This document shows positions 1 to 14,985 of a stretch of DNA of 64,000 nt, one piece after another. The notes under the pieces were generated by a model that was given only the letters and a program-made list of their open reading frames with translations, had not been told where the DNA came from and ran no database searches. A program made the translations under genes and the position numbers. The stretch is from Chrysomallon squamiferum (lineage: Eukaryota > Animalia > Mollusca): assembly GCA_012295275.1 (NCBI GenBank), contig CM022675.1, positions 248,001-312,000 on the forward strand, in the 5' to 3' direction. Numbering within the stretch: position 1 is the stretch's first letter; each line of letters starts with the position of its first letter.

Positions 1-241
1 AATGATTTTCATTAATTTAAATTTCATTAAGAATGAAAATACAAAGATTATAAATGTTTATTTCAAAACTTGCATATAAATATTTTGTTCTTTATTTTCT
101 TATTTAAAAATTATTATTTGAAACATTCACACTTAAATTCTATTTTTTTTTATTTTATTATTATTATTATTATTGAAATCTTTTTACACACACACACACA
201 CACATATCTGATAATTATTTTTTTTTTTTTCTTTTCCCCAG

Positions 242-487
242 GGTAAACAGAATCCAAGTGAAAACCCGTCCATTCACCCTGCAGTTAAAAAACATCTTGG
301 AAAAGCCCCTGTCGGGACCCCTGAACCATCCACATCACAAACTAACCTCACTGAGAGGAGGAGCTCAACAAGGGAGAGCACTCTAAATATACAGACAGCA
401 GGGGAAACCGGTGCAGTAATCATTAAACAAGAAGCAGGAACCAGTGGATCTGAGACAGCCGAATCAGAAAATAAAACAAAGGTGAAG
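242..487 (+). CDS. YEATS2: YEATS2 exon ([23 protein letters not shown]...)
   Basis: Polypyrimidine tract + cag acceptor ending at 241; open frame; two possible phase-0 donors (after 481 or after 487). Confidence 0.8.
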
Positions 488-1847
488 GTTAATTTTGGAA
501 TATTCTTATTATGGAAAAAAAAAAAAAAATGGACCATTATGATAAATTTTTGATGTTTTGGGCAAAAAATGGTGATATTTTCTCCCAGAAAATGTTTTTG
601 GAATTAATATATTAAAGAGTTGTAAGAGGAATAGTGGAGAGCTGTCTTGATTTTTATCAATTTAATTTGTTTTGTGTTTGTTTTAGATATTACAATCATT
701 GTCAACAAGTGAAACATCAGCAGCAGCAGAATCAAAACGTGGATCAAGATTTAAAATGAAAAAGAAAATTATTGTTGGAAATGTGTCAAAGTAAGACAGA
801 TGCAGATGTTTTTACACACACAGACACACACACACACACACACACACAACACATGCATGCACACAACATGCACACGTACATAAAAAAATCATACCACAGA
901 CACTGATAAACACAACAATAAAATTTACACTTTTACTGTTCATTTTGGTAAAATTAAATACAGTTTATTTCTTCTTTTTCTTTATTTTAATATTATTTGA
1001 GGGAGAGGGAGAGGGAGAGGAGAGGGAAAATATGAGAATATGTGTATTAGAGAAAAGAAAATTTCACTATAAAAGAAGAGAGAGAGAGAGACAAATATTA
1101 TAAATGTTTAATTATTTTTCTGAGGTTTATTAGGTAAAAGAAGTAAAAATGTAATTTCTAAAGTTTAATTACAGTTTAGAGAGAGTAAAAATGTAAAACT
1201 TACAGAGAGAGAAACAGATAAAGAATGCGTGTATTAGAAGTAAAATTTCACTATGAAAGACATCACTGTGACGAATGTTTGGTTGTTTTTCTCAGGTTTA
1301 TTCCAATGGAGAGGCGAGATGTCAATGATCAGGCGTCACACAAATGGATGGTTTATGTCCGGGGACCCCAGTCAGAACCGGAGATTAACAACTTTGTGAA
1401 GAAAGTTTGGTTTTTTCTTCATCCCAGCTACAGGCCTAACGACTTGGTTGAAGTCAGGTGATTTCTTTTCAAATATTCTTTAAATAAACAAAATAGTTAA
1501 TAGATGAAGTAAATAAATTATGTTTGAGGGTTCCTTATTCTGAAATCTTTTGGGACTTGAAGTGTTTGGGATTTCTGAATTTGTTTTCAATTTTGAATAT
1601 AAAATCTGTTTTTAAAGATAATCAGCAGGTACTTTTTTTTTTAATGTAATATTTTTGTTAATTCAATTCTGCATATCAGAAGATTTTGGTTAAATAAATT
1701 CAGCCATTTTTATATAAATCGCAACCAAACTTTTTAAAATGTGACTAGTTCATGAGTGGATATAATAAATTGATATGTTCTTACATTTGTTTATTTATTT
1801 ATTTATTTATATTGTTTATTTATTTGTTTATTTATTTGTTTATATAT

Positions 1848-1894
<47 letters not shown>

Positions 1895-2091
1895 TTTGTT
1901 TGTTTGTTCATATTTCAGTCAGCCTCCATTTCACTTGACAAGAAGAGGGTGGGGTGAGTTTCCTGTCAGGGTGCAGCTACATTTCTGGGACAGTCGCAAT
2001 AAGAGAGTTGACATCATCCACCAACTAGTGGTAAAACTTGAGTCTTGAATATCTGTGTGTCTGTGTGTGTGTGTGTCTGTATGTGTGTTTG

Positions 2092-2126
<35 letters not shown>

Positions 2127-2128
2127 GT

Positions 2129-2185
<57 letters not shown>

Positions 2186-5100
2186 ATTATGTGAAACTGT
2201 GAGCCATTTTAAACCTGTTGCATGAATGAACTGTTGAGATATTTGTCAATGTTTGTTTATTCAATATGCAACAAAATGTTTAAAAACTACTAAAACAGCT
2301 CTACAGTGTGAAACATGTTCTTTACAGTTTGTGTTTGTGTACAATGTTTGATAATGGATTTGTGACATGTCTCAGACATCCAAAACAAATACTCCACCAA
2401 ACAGATACAACAACTTTTCAAACCATAAGCACTCGCTGAGATTGTTAATGGACACATTTTTCTTTAATATGTTACAAAATTGTTCCTTTAAGATGTTTAG
2501 TTTTTGGAAATATTTGTAAATTTTGTTTATCATCACCAAGGCAACACATGGTTTCCACTTCGACACAGTTAATATTTACATTACATTCAGAGATGGTAAA
2601 CCTAAACAGGACCCACTTGTTGTGGCAAGTGTGTTAACACAGTGTTTCTTAACAAAGAAATTTGGAACCTGTAGAAAACAGGCCTTTAGGATGAATACAT
2701 TTTCAGCATGAAACAGTGTCTAGATTTTGGTTTCCAGTTACCGGCATTACGAAGACATTCGGTATTTTCCAAAAGAATCAAGAATCAACCAAAAAATTTG
2801 ATTTAATTTTATTTTGACTGTATGTGTTACGAAGGCAGAAGAACATATGTTTTCGACAGACTTTTTTTTCCGCTAATTTCAATTTGGTTTATCAAGAAGA
2901 ACAAGTGTCATGTAAAATACAGTAGATGATCAACATCAGTTCATGCATCACTGAAGGTAAGATTTTATCTCAACTAATCAGTGTATACATTATATATGAT
3001 TGTGGATTTTTTTAGTAATATGTAGTACTGTGCAGTAGATTTATTTCGTTGTGTGATAGTTTTTGTTATTGTTGAAGGAAGTTTATTTTGACAAATTCTG
3101 TTTCTAAAATTGAGCTACACATGGTTTTTTCAGTAACTTTCAGGTAAATTACTCTTCATGTAACTGTTTTGCTTTACATTATTTTACACTTAATAAACCT
3201 TACAGGATTAAAAATTAGACTTATTAAGTTGCAAAATCATCACATATAACACAAACCTTACCTTCCCAAACAAAGGCCAAAAATTCTGAATATTATTAAA
3301 AAACAAATTAATGGTATACGACTAGATCAATATGATTTTGCAAAGTTTGCCCACTATTTTATTCAACAGACAAATGAATTGTAATAACTATTATAAACCA
3401 CCTAGCAGCAGTGTTTACTGCACAGATTAGGTTCAAAAATATAATTCTTTGACAGACAAACCAAAGAGCTCAGTTTTTCTTGACAATATGCATGATATAA
3501 TGTTTTTTTTACACTTTTACTGATAATGCATTGAGGATAGTCATTTTATAGCTTTGCTCCCACCTCACACTTTGAATTAGAAACATTAGTCAGTTTCTTT
3601 TTTATGCATTTCAAACTATCCAGTTGAAAAGTTATAACAGGTTTGTGTTTTTGCAGGCAACATGACTATTCACCAGAGCAGACGAATAATTGCCAAACAT
3701 TTCCACGATGATCAAATCTTCACAAAGCAGCCTCTGCCTCCTCCAGCAACCAGAACAGGAGACTGGAAACTGAAGTTGAAAGCTGAGGATCCTGAATACT
3801 GTGCTACATACTTAGAGCAATCACAACTGAATGCTAAGAATTACTGTCAAAATATGACTGATGCCCAGAGACTGACAAGCAAACAACAAACAGCAGCTGG
3901 GAACAATGAGGGAGAAAAAGAAGGCAGGAGAGAAAAAAACACTAATGAAAAGAGCTGTTCCAAACAAACAATGGACAGACCTGAAAAAATGGCAGTAAGA
4001 GAAACTGAGAGAGAATCTGACTCCATAAGAATCTGAGAAAAACACATCTCTTGAAGTTAGCTGTGAGTTCAAAATCAGCTGCTTCAAAAGAACCTGGGTG
4101 TGAAGTGTTAAGAGATGATACTAATCATTGTAGGATGCCAGCATCAAAAAGAAAAGTTGTTTCCAGGGCAAAAGTTACATGGCCTTGCAGTCCATGGAAG
4201 TTCATGCACACAGTTAATGACTTGATAGCATCAGTTTGACCAAGGATGCAAAAATTGTTACAGTCATTGCAAGTGTGATGGAAAGAGGACACCACACAAA
4301 GTTGGTGAAAAATTGTTAAAACTCCTCAAATGTGTGCAGAGGAAGCACAGCAAAGCATCATCTCACACATGCACCTACATGCTTTCAGTATGCAGCAAGT
4401 ATTCTTCACTGAGAGCTTCCAGCACTCTGAACGACATCTCCAGGAAAACAGCATCCAAATACATGACAGCAACACCACAACACATGAAACAAAGATAAAC
4501 AAAAAATGCAGGAAGCTCGAGACAAAAGTACTGCTTATCTGCATTCAGTCAGTCACCCACAGACAGAAAACTAGTTTAAAAAAAAAGACAGGCAAACCAG
4601 TTTCAGTTTTGCTGGAGCCACTGAAAGATGTGCATGATGACTTGCTGCAGTCCACTGGACACAGCATCAGCTTTTCACAATACAGACACCATCAGCACAG
4701 CACACCACTCACACTTGAGGTTGTGTTTGTGTGAGTACTGCACCAATGTCAAAGGTAATCAAGAGAGCTGCAGAATGAGACATGTTTACCTTGTCGTCGA
4801 TGTTATCACCTGTGGGAGGCAGACAGATGGTGCTGCCTCAAGTCTGCACTCTACAGCTGTCTGAGAACTGCAGCACAGACCAGCTGGACTCCCATCTTCT
4901 GCCACTTAATCATCAGCTGCAAAATACGTGGGAAAATGGGAATCTGTGCCAAGTGTGATCAATAAAAAAAGGTATTTATGTCTTCTTTTTTCACACAAAA
5001 TTTACTTTATTATTTCTCTCTTCAACTTTTTTTTTTTTTTTTTAATTCCACAGAGCATTGGCTGGTAATAATAATACTAAGGAAAATGTTTTTAGTTTGG

Positions 5101-8100
5101 TGCGTACTTATCTGATATTCAGTAATAATGACAATGATAATTTATCTCTGAACTAGTACTCTGTGTATAATTTCAGATGTTTTTTGTTTGGTATGTACTA
5201 ATCTGATATTCAGTAATAATGACAATGATAATTTATCTCTGAACTAGTACTTTGTGTATAATTTCAGATCTTCACAAGATGTTAGTTAGGAAAAACCAAA
5301 CCTGGGCTAAGTTTATGGATGAGCTGTGAGTGGAGGTGGCCTTTCTTGCAGGTCATCTTTTCAGGGAAGAATGACAACATCTGCAACATGAAAAGATGAG
5401 AAACTCTGCATCATGGGAATGGTTTTAGATTTTGCAGAGAACTACAGATATATCAGCCAAGATGAAGTTCAGGCAGCTCACTGGCATCACAAACTAGAAA
5501 TACAGTTGTTACAAACTATCAATGCTAAGAATGTGAAAAGACTGTCACTCAATATTGGTTTTCATCAGTGAAGACAGACACCATGACTTTGATACAGTCA
5601 ACAAGTTCATACAGGTGGCAACTGATCACCTAAGGAACACACAAAATCTTTTTTGTCATTTTACAGTGGACAGATGGTTGTGCCAGCCAGTATAAATCCA
5701 AGGGTGTATATGCAGATATTTCCTGTGCCAGGGAAAATTGTGGCTGCACTTTCAAACAAAATTATTTTGGATCCCAGGATGGGAAAGGTCCATCAGATGG
5801 TGAACGTTCTGTTGTAAAGCACCATGCTACCACTTCACTGACACCTGGAGCAGCATGTATTAACCACAGATTTGTTCAACCACTGCTTGAGCAGCACCTT
5901 AAACAAGCAGCCAATAAAAGGGTTTTCTCATCACAGGTCTTTCCTTTGCATGAGCAGTGATGACATTAGACACAACAGAGGAAGATCTATCACAACACTT
6001 ACAGGTACCCAGGCAGTTCAGGAGTTGGTGACTGCTGAAATGCTGATGTTGTTGTACAGGCATGGAAGAGGCAGAACCTGGAACCTATGTAGTTTTTTGT
6101 TTTAAAATGTCATTTTTTGCATATTTACTTTTTTTATTATTATTATTATTATTATTACTTTTTTTTTTTTTTTTCCTACACATTTTGTTATTGCTTAAAT
6201 TGGATTACATAAAAATTGTATTTTTGGTTTAACAGACAATAAAAACTATGTATAAATTTTAAAGGGGTGTTTCTTGTGTGTGTTTGGTTTCCATATAACA
6301 CAGGTGATTGTAATGTTGTTTTTTTATTTGACTCCATATAAAAGTGGAACAGGTTTATTTTAAACTGTGACCTATGTGCAATATGTAAATCTTCATGCAA
6401 ACATGGAATTTGAAATGTTTTTATTTTAAGTCTCCATGTCACACATCGTACCCATTTTCAGCTAATAACCCACATATATATATTTATTTTATTTTTATTA
6501 TTACTACAAATTTTTTATTATTTTTGTATTGTTGTTTTTCTTGTTTTGTTTTTTAAATATATCTTTTATATACTTTATAAGTTTAAAACTTTCCAGAAAA
6601 ATGTATTTAATACTTTATTAAACAAAACCTTTCTTCCTTCCTTCCCACATAAAATTTACCTGTAAAAGATCTCAGTTAGATCTGAGATTAGAAATATTTA
6701 TATTTTGATCACTATTAATCTGGAAAGGAATTCAGTTATCAGTTATTTCTGTTTTCATAACTTTTTATAATTTCTTTTTGTTAAAACAAACATGATGAGT
6801 TACAGAATAATCTGTAATTTGTTTTGCATTTAAAATCTTTCTTTCTTTCTTTATTTATTTTATTATTTATTTTTTATTTTTTCAGTTAGATAAAACCTGT
6901 ACAGGATTGCAAACACTTGGATCTGAAACGGTAAATTGATTTAAAATTTGTAGAAACTCTTACCTGAACTTCATAGGCCAATACAGACTTTCTCTTTTTG
7001 TTTTTAATACATATTATCAAAATGTCATGACATCAAGGGATTTTTTTTTAATTTTTTTTTTAAATTATATGTTTTTATACATAATTAAACTTTGAGAGCA
7101 ATATAACTTTCTTTTCTTCTTTATTATTATTATTCTTTTAAATTTTATGTTTTTGTGTGCATTTTCTAAATTTTATACCAGTTTTCTTTTTCTCGATTCT
7201 CATTCATTTTCTTATTTCTCTCTCATTCTCTTTATTGCTTTCCTCTTCTGTCACTCTAACTGTCACCCCCATCTTTCTCTCTCTCTTTCTCCTTATTTCT
7301 TTTAGTTTTGTTATGTATATTTATTTTTGGATTTATAAAAATTTCAAAAATACTTAAAGATTTTTTTTTATTTCTAGGTGGTTGAAATTGAACTGGAGAA
7401 AGAAGATGTTGAAGACAGAAATAGTAACACAACAAACCTGCCAACACCAGGTCTAAACAAAGAAAAAATCCAAACGAAACCAGGTACAAACGCTTCCATT
7501 GAAAAGGGAGGTAATTTGGAACTCTCTTCGCATGTGAAACAAGAAAGTACATTCGATGTTGAAGAGAATGACAGGGTTGTTGTGAGAAAAGAAAATCTTT
7601 CTCCGGAGATGGATGGACACAGAAAGGATAAACCTGTGAGAAACGGAAACAAAAGGAAGCTAGGATGTTCTGATGATGTGCAAAGCACCTCAGACATTAG
7701 CAAAACAGTAAAAGATGTGATGAAAGAAAATGAACTGGACGTGACAGAAACAAATCAGTCCCACAGAAAAAGAATAAAGTTAAAAGAAGAATTGCTAGAA
7801 CATTCTTCCGAAAAATCGAACAGTTCCACAGCAGATCTTTCGTCAGTGGAAAAATTCTCAAATATCTGTGATGACGACGGAATAAAAAGTCCCAAACAAA
7901 CTAATTTAAGTTGTGGTCGTAACAAAGTGTTCACGTCTGCTGCATCTCAGGGTAAAAATCTGTCTCAGGGATGGACTCCGAAGATTTCTCTCATCAGCAA
8001 ACCTGCTGCTTCTCCGAAGTCTCAGATGTATCTCAAAAGTACAGACGCCCACGGAAATGTTATCCTTCGACTTGTTGGAGAAAGAATCCCAGGTGGAAAT

Positions 8101-9246
8101 ATTGCAGACAGTTCACAAACCCATTTGAAAACGGGACAGATTTCTCTACTGGATGGCAAGAAAAAGATTTCTAGTGATTCGACTAAAACAGGTTTTATGT
8201 CTCCGTCGAAAACCTCAAAACCACTGATATTTTCTTTAGCAGCCTCTCTTCAGACATCTGCTTCTTGCAGTAAAATTCTTCTTCTGCTGTGTTTTCCACC
8301 CTTCATGGATCATCAATTATAGTAAATTCCTCAAACTCTGGAACACCCACCTCTGGTACAAATTCATCTGAAGGATCAGTAACCAAAATTGTTCCTTCCC
8401 ATACTTCGAGAGCACTGGCAGCAGGTGTAAATTCTTCCCCAAATTCCAGAGCACCAGTTATTAATTTGAATTCCTCTCATGGTTCAGCAGTTCTACTGTC
8501 CAGTGCTGTTTCTTCTAATAAGTCGGTAGCATCAGCAAGCAGTGTACATTCCTCCCACATTTCTGGAGCCCCAATCACAGGTGCAATTTCCATAGCACCA
8601 GACGGCAAAGCGAATTCCTCCCAAAGTTTCGTAGCACCAGTGTCTGGAGCAAACTCCTCTAAAGCTCCACCAATGCAGTCTGTTCGTCTGGTTGTCACTG
8701 CTAAGGGACTGAAAATGGTTCCAGTTGGCGATGAGGTGAAGACGTCTGTTTCTTCTGACAGTTCTAACTTGACCGAGAGCTTGAAACCCGAGCCTCGGAA
8801 ACAGAGTAACGAGAGATCTGAGAAAGATCGAGATGCGCCTCAGCTCATGCTGGCAAATATTGGCGCACAGACGTACGTTTTAAAAGTTGTGCCAAATCAG
8901 ATCTCAAATCCATCCTCAGGAGCTGCTAACAAGATTACTGACACTTCTACCAGTCTGCTCAAAAACTCTCTTCTCACTGGTTCATTGGTGAGCAGTAAAG
9001 TCTCGTCAACCAATAAAGATTTGGCATTTAATGTTGCACATTCTGCATCCAATCAGCAGGCTGCTTTCTCAGCCAGGACAGCCAATCAGAAAGAGGTTTA
9101 TATAAAGTCTTTGTTGAAGAGGCCGTGCACCTTTGAGGAGAAGAAGCTGTTGGTTTTGAGAAAGGAGATGGAGAGAGAGAAAGATACCAGAGTTGATGTT
9201 CCATCCTTGAAGTAAGATTTTAATTTTGTTATTATTATTATTATTA

Positions 9247-9286
<40 letters not shown>

Positions 9287-12264
9287 AATAGATTTTTTTT
9301 TTTATTAAGATTACTGTCATTATCATTGTTATAAATATAGTTACTTTTATTGTTATTGTTATTATCATCATCATCATCATTATTATTATATTATTATCAA
9401 TATTGTTATTTCTGTTTTCATTATTATTATTTCTACTTTTATTGTTATCATCATCATCATCATCATCATCATTGTTATAGTTACTTTTATTTTCATTATA
9501 ATAATTATTATTATTATCATTGTTATTTTTATTATAGCTATTTTTATTTTTGTTATCATTATTATTACTATCATTACTTTTAATTTTTATATTTTTTATT
9601 ATTATTCTTGTTGTTGTTATTGGTAACTGATATTATCACAGAAAGATCAGTGGAAACAAACATCAGTATTAAAACAAAAAAATACACAAGTAGAACTGTT
9701 AAAACTCACTTGAAGTTTAACATTCCATTAATAATAATATGAAGTGATAAAATATACTAATTTTTCAATTTATTATTTGTTTTTATGTTTATAGATTTTG
9801 AAATAAATATGCCGTTCGTATATAGATATTCATTATAACATGTGTTTATAAAATGTCTACCCTGCAAATAGTCACATATATTTGTTTTTTTCAGTCTTTC
9901 TGACCATTCAGACATGTTATCTTTGATCAGAGCCGCTGTACAGCGCCATCCTGTTGTCAGAGATCACATTGGTTTGTATTTGAATACAAATTTCATAGTT
10001 TTGCTCTTAAATAATAATAGTATTGTAACATTTTTCAGAGATCACATTGGTTTGTATTTGAATACAAATTCAAATTTTATAGTTTTATTCTTAAATAATA
10101 ACATTTAACATTGTAATATCTTTTGGTTTATAATATATCTGTTATAGATTAAAAAAATTTAAATATAAATATATATTTTAGATTTTTTAATCGTATTTTA
10201 TTTTAAATAATTAATAACTGTTTTAATATCATTTGATTGTTGTAACAAACATGTTTGTCAAAAATAACATTGGTTTATATTTCAGTATACATTTTTACTC
10301 CTTTAATACAGTTTATAACAGAGTATAGTTTTCTGATTATTTTACTATTTTAAATAATAATACAGTTTATTTTACATTTGATTGTCAAAGATCACATTGG
10401 TTTGTATTTGGATTTTAAATACTCAGTTTTTCACAATATTTCAAATAATATTTATTTAAAATATTGAAAACGGTTGGTTTTATATCATTCAATTGTTGCA
10501 GTATATCTGTTTCTTAGAAATCTGTTTGCTTGTTATTTCACTATATTTTAAATAACTATTTTTATTTAACATTTTACTGAAAAAAAATTGTATTTAATTG
10601 CACCCTGTTTTTAAGGTTTATATATGCTTTTTTATATTTAATATTACTGTTAGATAGTTGTATAAAATTTCACACATACACATACAAATATTTTTAATAT
10701 TTTTAAATATTTTTTGTTTATTTATTATATTATCACATTGTTTTTCTCAGACCCATCAACACATCCATATTGTGCCAAATCTACAGAGCAGTGGTTAGAT
10801 TGGAACATTGGAAAACGACGAGCATCAGAGGTTTGATTTATAAAATAGCTTTACAGCAGAGCACCAGAGTTAGAATGGGAAAAAATATCAAACATCAGCA
10901 TACACCTAGAAACTTGTTTCATAAAACTGTGTCTTTTTCCCCTCCATATTCACACAGACAATAAAAACATCAGTTTGTAAATTAAATCACATTTTATTCC
11001 ATATTCAACTGAGGTGTATGTAATAGCATTACGATTTATAAACTTGTTATGTTAGTAGTTTGTTTCAGTAAAACAAAGGTGCAAGACACTGAAATTAATT
11101 TTGAATAAATGTGTTTGGTTTTGTGGACGATTTTAAGTGCTGTGAAATATTTACAGTGGCAAAGAGCTTCCTCGGTTAAAAGATTCATCGCCAAGCAGCT
11201 AGAAGATGGGAAAACGTTCAAAGGGGAACAACTCTGGACTACAAAACAAATCATGACTTGGTGCCGTTTCCATGCCTACAGTCCTCATTATCTTGGTAAT
11301 TCGGTCGTAAAATTATCAGATTGCTAAGTTTTAATTTTCGTTTTATTTTTCTAATTATTTTTAAAAACCATCTGTTATTTCTGTGCTAAACATTTATTTT
11401 AATAAAATGGTTATTATTAAAATGTTTATTTACTGTTATAATTAATTACACTAATTTGCATATTGACTAATTTAGTTTTGAGTTTCTTACTACTTTTCAG
11501 TTGAACTGTTTATGCAGCAGTTGATTATTTCTGAAATATAATATATCTTTATTTTTTTAATCTTTTCTTGTAGATATTACTATTCTTTAATTTTTACTAG
11601 GTAAAGGATTTTGAATAACTTTTATGCAGACTTGTACATCATATTTTGTCATTTTAATTTCTGTTTTCTTAAGATTTTTTTAAAAATACTTTCTCTATAC
11701 TAAATTTGTACATACCACTTTGCGTGTGCGAGTGTGTGTGTGTGTATGAATATATATTTAGAAATGGAAAGCTAATGTTCACATGAACTGATAAATATTT
11801 TTCATAAAAATGTAATTAAATATCCATGTTACTCATAAACAGTGGTAATAATTTACAGATTTTTAAAAATTATTTCAAAAAAAATAATAATAATAATAAT
11901 AAAAGTTTTATTACTATTTTCACCATTTTCAGAAAAACTCTCCAAGTCGCAACAATCCAGTTTTTCAAAAAGTGAGAGAATTTCAGACAGCATGCCGGTC
12001 AGTACCCATGACCTCCCGACCTCTAAAGTGACCACCCTGTCTGAACTTTCACCTTTGATCTCTCAGCTGACCTCGGAGCTGGAGACTCACAGAGAGGATG
12101 AAGAAACTGGCAGCAGTGAGGAAGAAATTGAAATAGTTTCTCTCGGTGAGTCGTTTTTAGTTTCATCTTTTCTTTTTAGTTTTTTTACTTGTTTATTTGG
12201 AAATGCAACAGATGCATACACTTGTACAAAGACACGTGTTAATATACAGACATGCAAACACACA

Positions 12265-12336
<72 letters not shown>

Positions 12337-13168
12337 CACATACAAACAAACAAAATCATGTGCAAACAGACTGTACAGACACACACACACACACACATAT
12401 ATGCACTATACTTTAATAAATATATTTTACCTAGCAACTTACAGAACTGAAATACTTTTTAATGTGATACATTTTAATTTTAAAATAAATATATATATAT
12501 TGTTTTATATTAGTTTTATATATATTTACCTTCATATAACACCCTTTAGCCATTGTAATTATTTAAACTGCAATATTTTTTAAACTTAGAAGTAACTACT
12601 ATAGAATGGTAATAGATGATTTATTTATTACTTTTATCTTCAGAAGACAAGCCGAAAGTGAAGATGAAGGAAGAAACAGACGAAACTGTTGGCCACGAAG
12701 ATCAAATTTATTTACCAACATCAGAGCAAGCTGCTTTTGTTCAGGAAGCTGCACAGAAGGTTACAATTAATTTATTTATTTTGATCTTTAAAATTTATTT
12801 TTTATGTCATTTAGTTGTCAGGGGACATCTGAACAGGTGGATATCATTAGGAAGGTTTTCTTAAAGTTATTTTGTTAATATTTTCTTTTTAATAAAGTTA
12901 AATAAAATTTAGTTGTCTTCAGAGATTTCAAAGACCTTGTCAAATGTATTATTATGTTCGGAAGATTAACTTTGTTTTGGTTCTTTTGGGTGTTTTTGTT
13001 TTGTTTTAATAACTTAAAGTTTACATAAAGACACCATATAAAAAATTGGTTTATTTATTTGTCTTTTATATATGTGCATATGAATGTCTGTCTGTCTGTC
13101 TAACTCTCTCACTCTCTCTTTCATATATATCTACCTAACTACCTGACTGCCTACCTCTTTATCTACTG

Positions 13169-13201
<33 letters not shown>

Positions 13202-14944
13202 ATATCTATCTCTATCAGTCTAGCTGTCTATCTGTCTACCTCTCTATCTACTTATCTGTCTGTTTAACTATCTAATCATAATTATTGTCTTGTCATTTGA
13301 ATAAGCAAACTACGGCAAGGAAACAAGTTTTATTTTTTTTTAAATTAAATTTGAAGTATTTTATCAGTGAACTGGATAAACTGGTGCTATTTTCATATTA
13401 AATATTTTATTTTTTAAAATTAAATTTGAAGTATTTTATCAGTGAACTGGATAAACTGGTGCAATTTTCATACTAAATATTTTTTTAAATTAAATTTGAA
13501 GTATTTTATCAGTGAACTGGATAAACTGGTGCTATTTTCATATTAAATATTTTATTTTTTTAAATTAAATTTGAAATATTTTATCAGTGAACTGTATAAA
13601 CTGGTATTATTTTCATATTAAATATGTATATTTTTTTAAATTAAATTTGAAGTATTTTATCAGTAAACTGGATAAACTCGTATATTATTTTCATACTAAA
13701 TATTTATATTTTGTATTTTTGTTTAGATTGGTGTTGGTTTCCAGCCCTCAGAGGTAGAGGATGGAGTTTTAGGTTCAGTCTCAGAGGACATGATTTTTGG
13801 TGTAAGCAAAATCATTTTAATTAGAATTGTTAAATCTGCAGTACAGATAATATACATATTATTAATCATTTCTACTGTAATGTATTCATTTTATCAGTAT
13901 ATAACTGGGGCTAACAATAAAGTATTTTAAGATGAATTAAAAACCAATATTTCAGCACAAAGGATATAATCTTTGGTTTAAGCAAAATAATTTTAATTAG
14001 AATTGTTAAATCTAGAATACAGATAATATATATTTAATTAATCTTTTCTACTTTAATATACTCATTTTATCAATATGTAACTGTAATTGATAATAAATTA
14101 ATGTTCATTAAAAAATAATTTTTCAATATAAAGGATATAATCTTTGGTGTAAGCAAAATGATTTTAATTAAAGGTGTTAAATTTATTATTTTGATAATGT
14201 TTATTATTAATCTTTTCTACTGTAATATATTCATTTTATCAATATATAACCAGTTGACAGTAAACCATTTTAGGATTTATTAAGAGAAATATTTCAGTAT
14301 AAAAGTGTATATTCTTTAATTCAAGTAAAACTGTGTTAATTAGAATTATTTAATCTAACTTATGGAAAAATTTTTATTATTAATTTTTTCACCTATACTT
14401 TTCTCATTTTATCATTACACATTTGTAACTAATATTAAAATGTATCTACAATAAATGAAATAAAACAATATTTTCAGTATAATCTTTTTAAGTAGGAGAA
14501 ATCATTTTTAGTTAGAATTTTTCAAATGGTATCTCTTAAACATAAAAACAAGTATTTTTTTTTATTCTATATATATTTATTTATTTATATGGTATATAAA
14601 TCAAATTAATTTTTTTTTTTCTCACTATTTTTTTCATTTATTTGTTCATTGAATCATTTACTGAGCCAGGTTTAAATATGATAAAGACCAATAAGTCTGC
14701 AAAGACTGAGTGTCCAAATTCACTTGCAGATCTGAAATTTAATATTGTATTGTTGCAGGCAATGAAATCTTTCATGGAGGACATTCTTCGTGAAGCATTC
14801 CAAGTGAATCTTGAAAGCAACAAGTAAGTTGACAAATACAAAAACACACAAACATTCTATTTTATTATTTTAATTATTTTTGTCATCATCATTGTTATAA
14901 TTATTAGTATTGTTATTATCACTATCAGTGTCAGTGTCATTGTT

Positions 14945-14985
<41 letters not shown>

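Noticed and set aside
3662-4864. Short ORFs in the YEATS2 intron as an independent nested gene
   Set aside because: Better explained as frameshifted N-terminal pieces of the decayed transposase.
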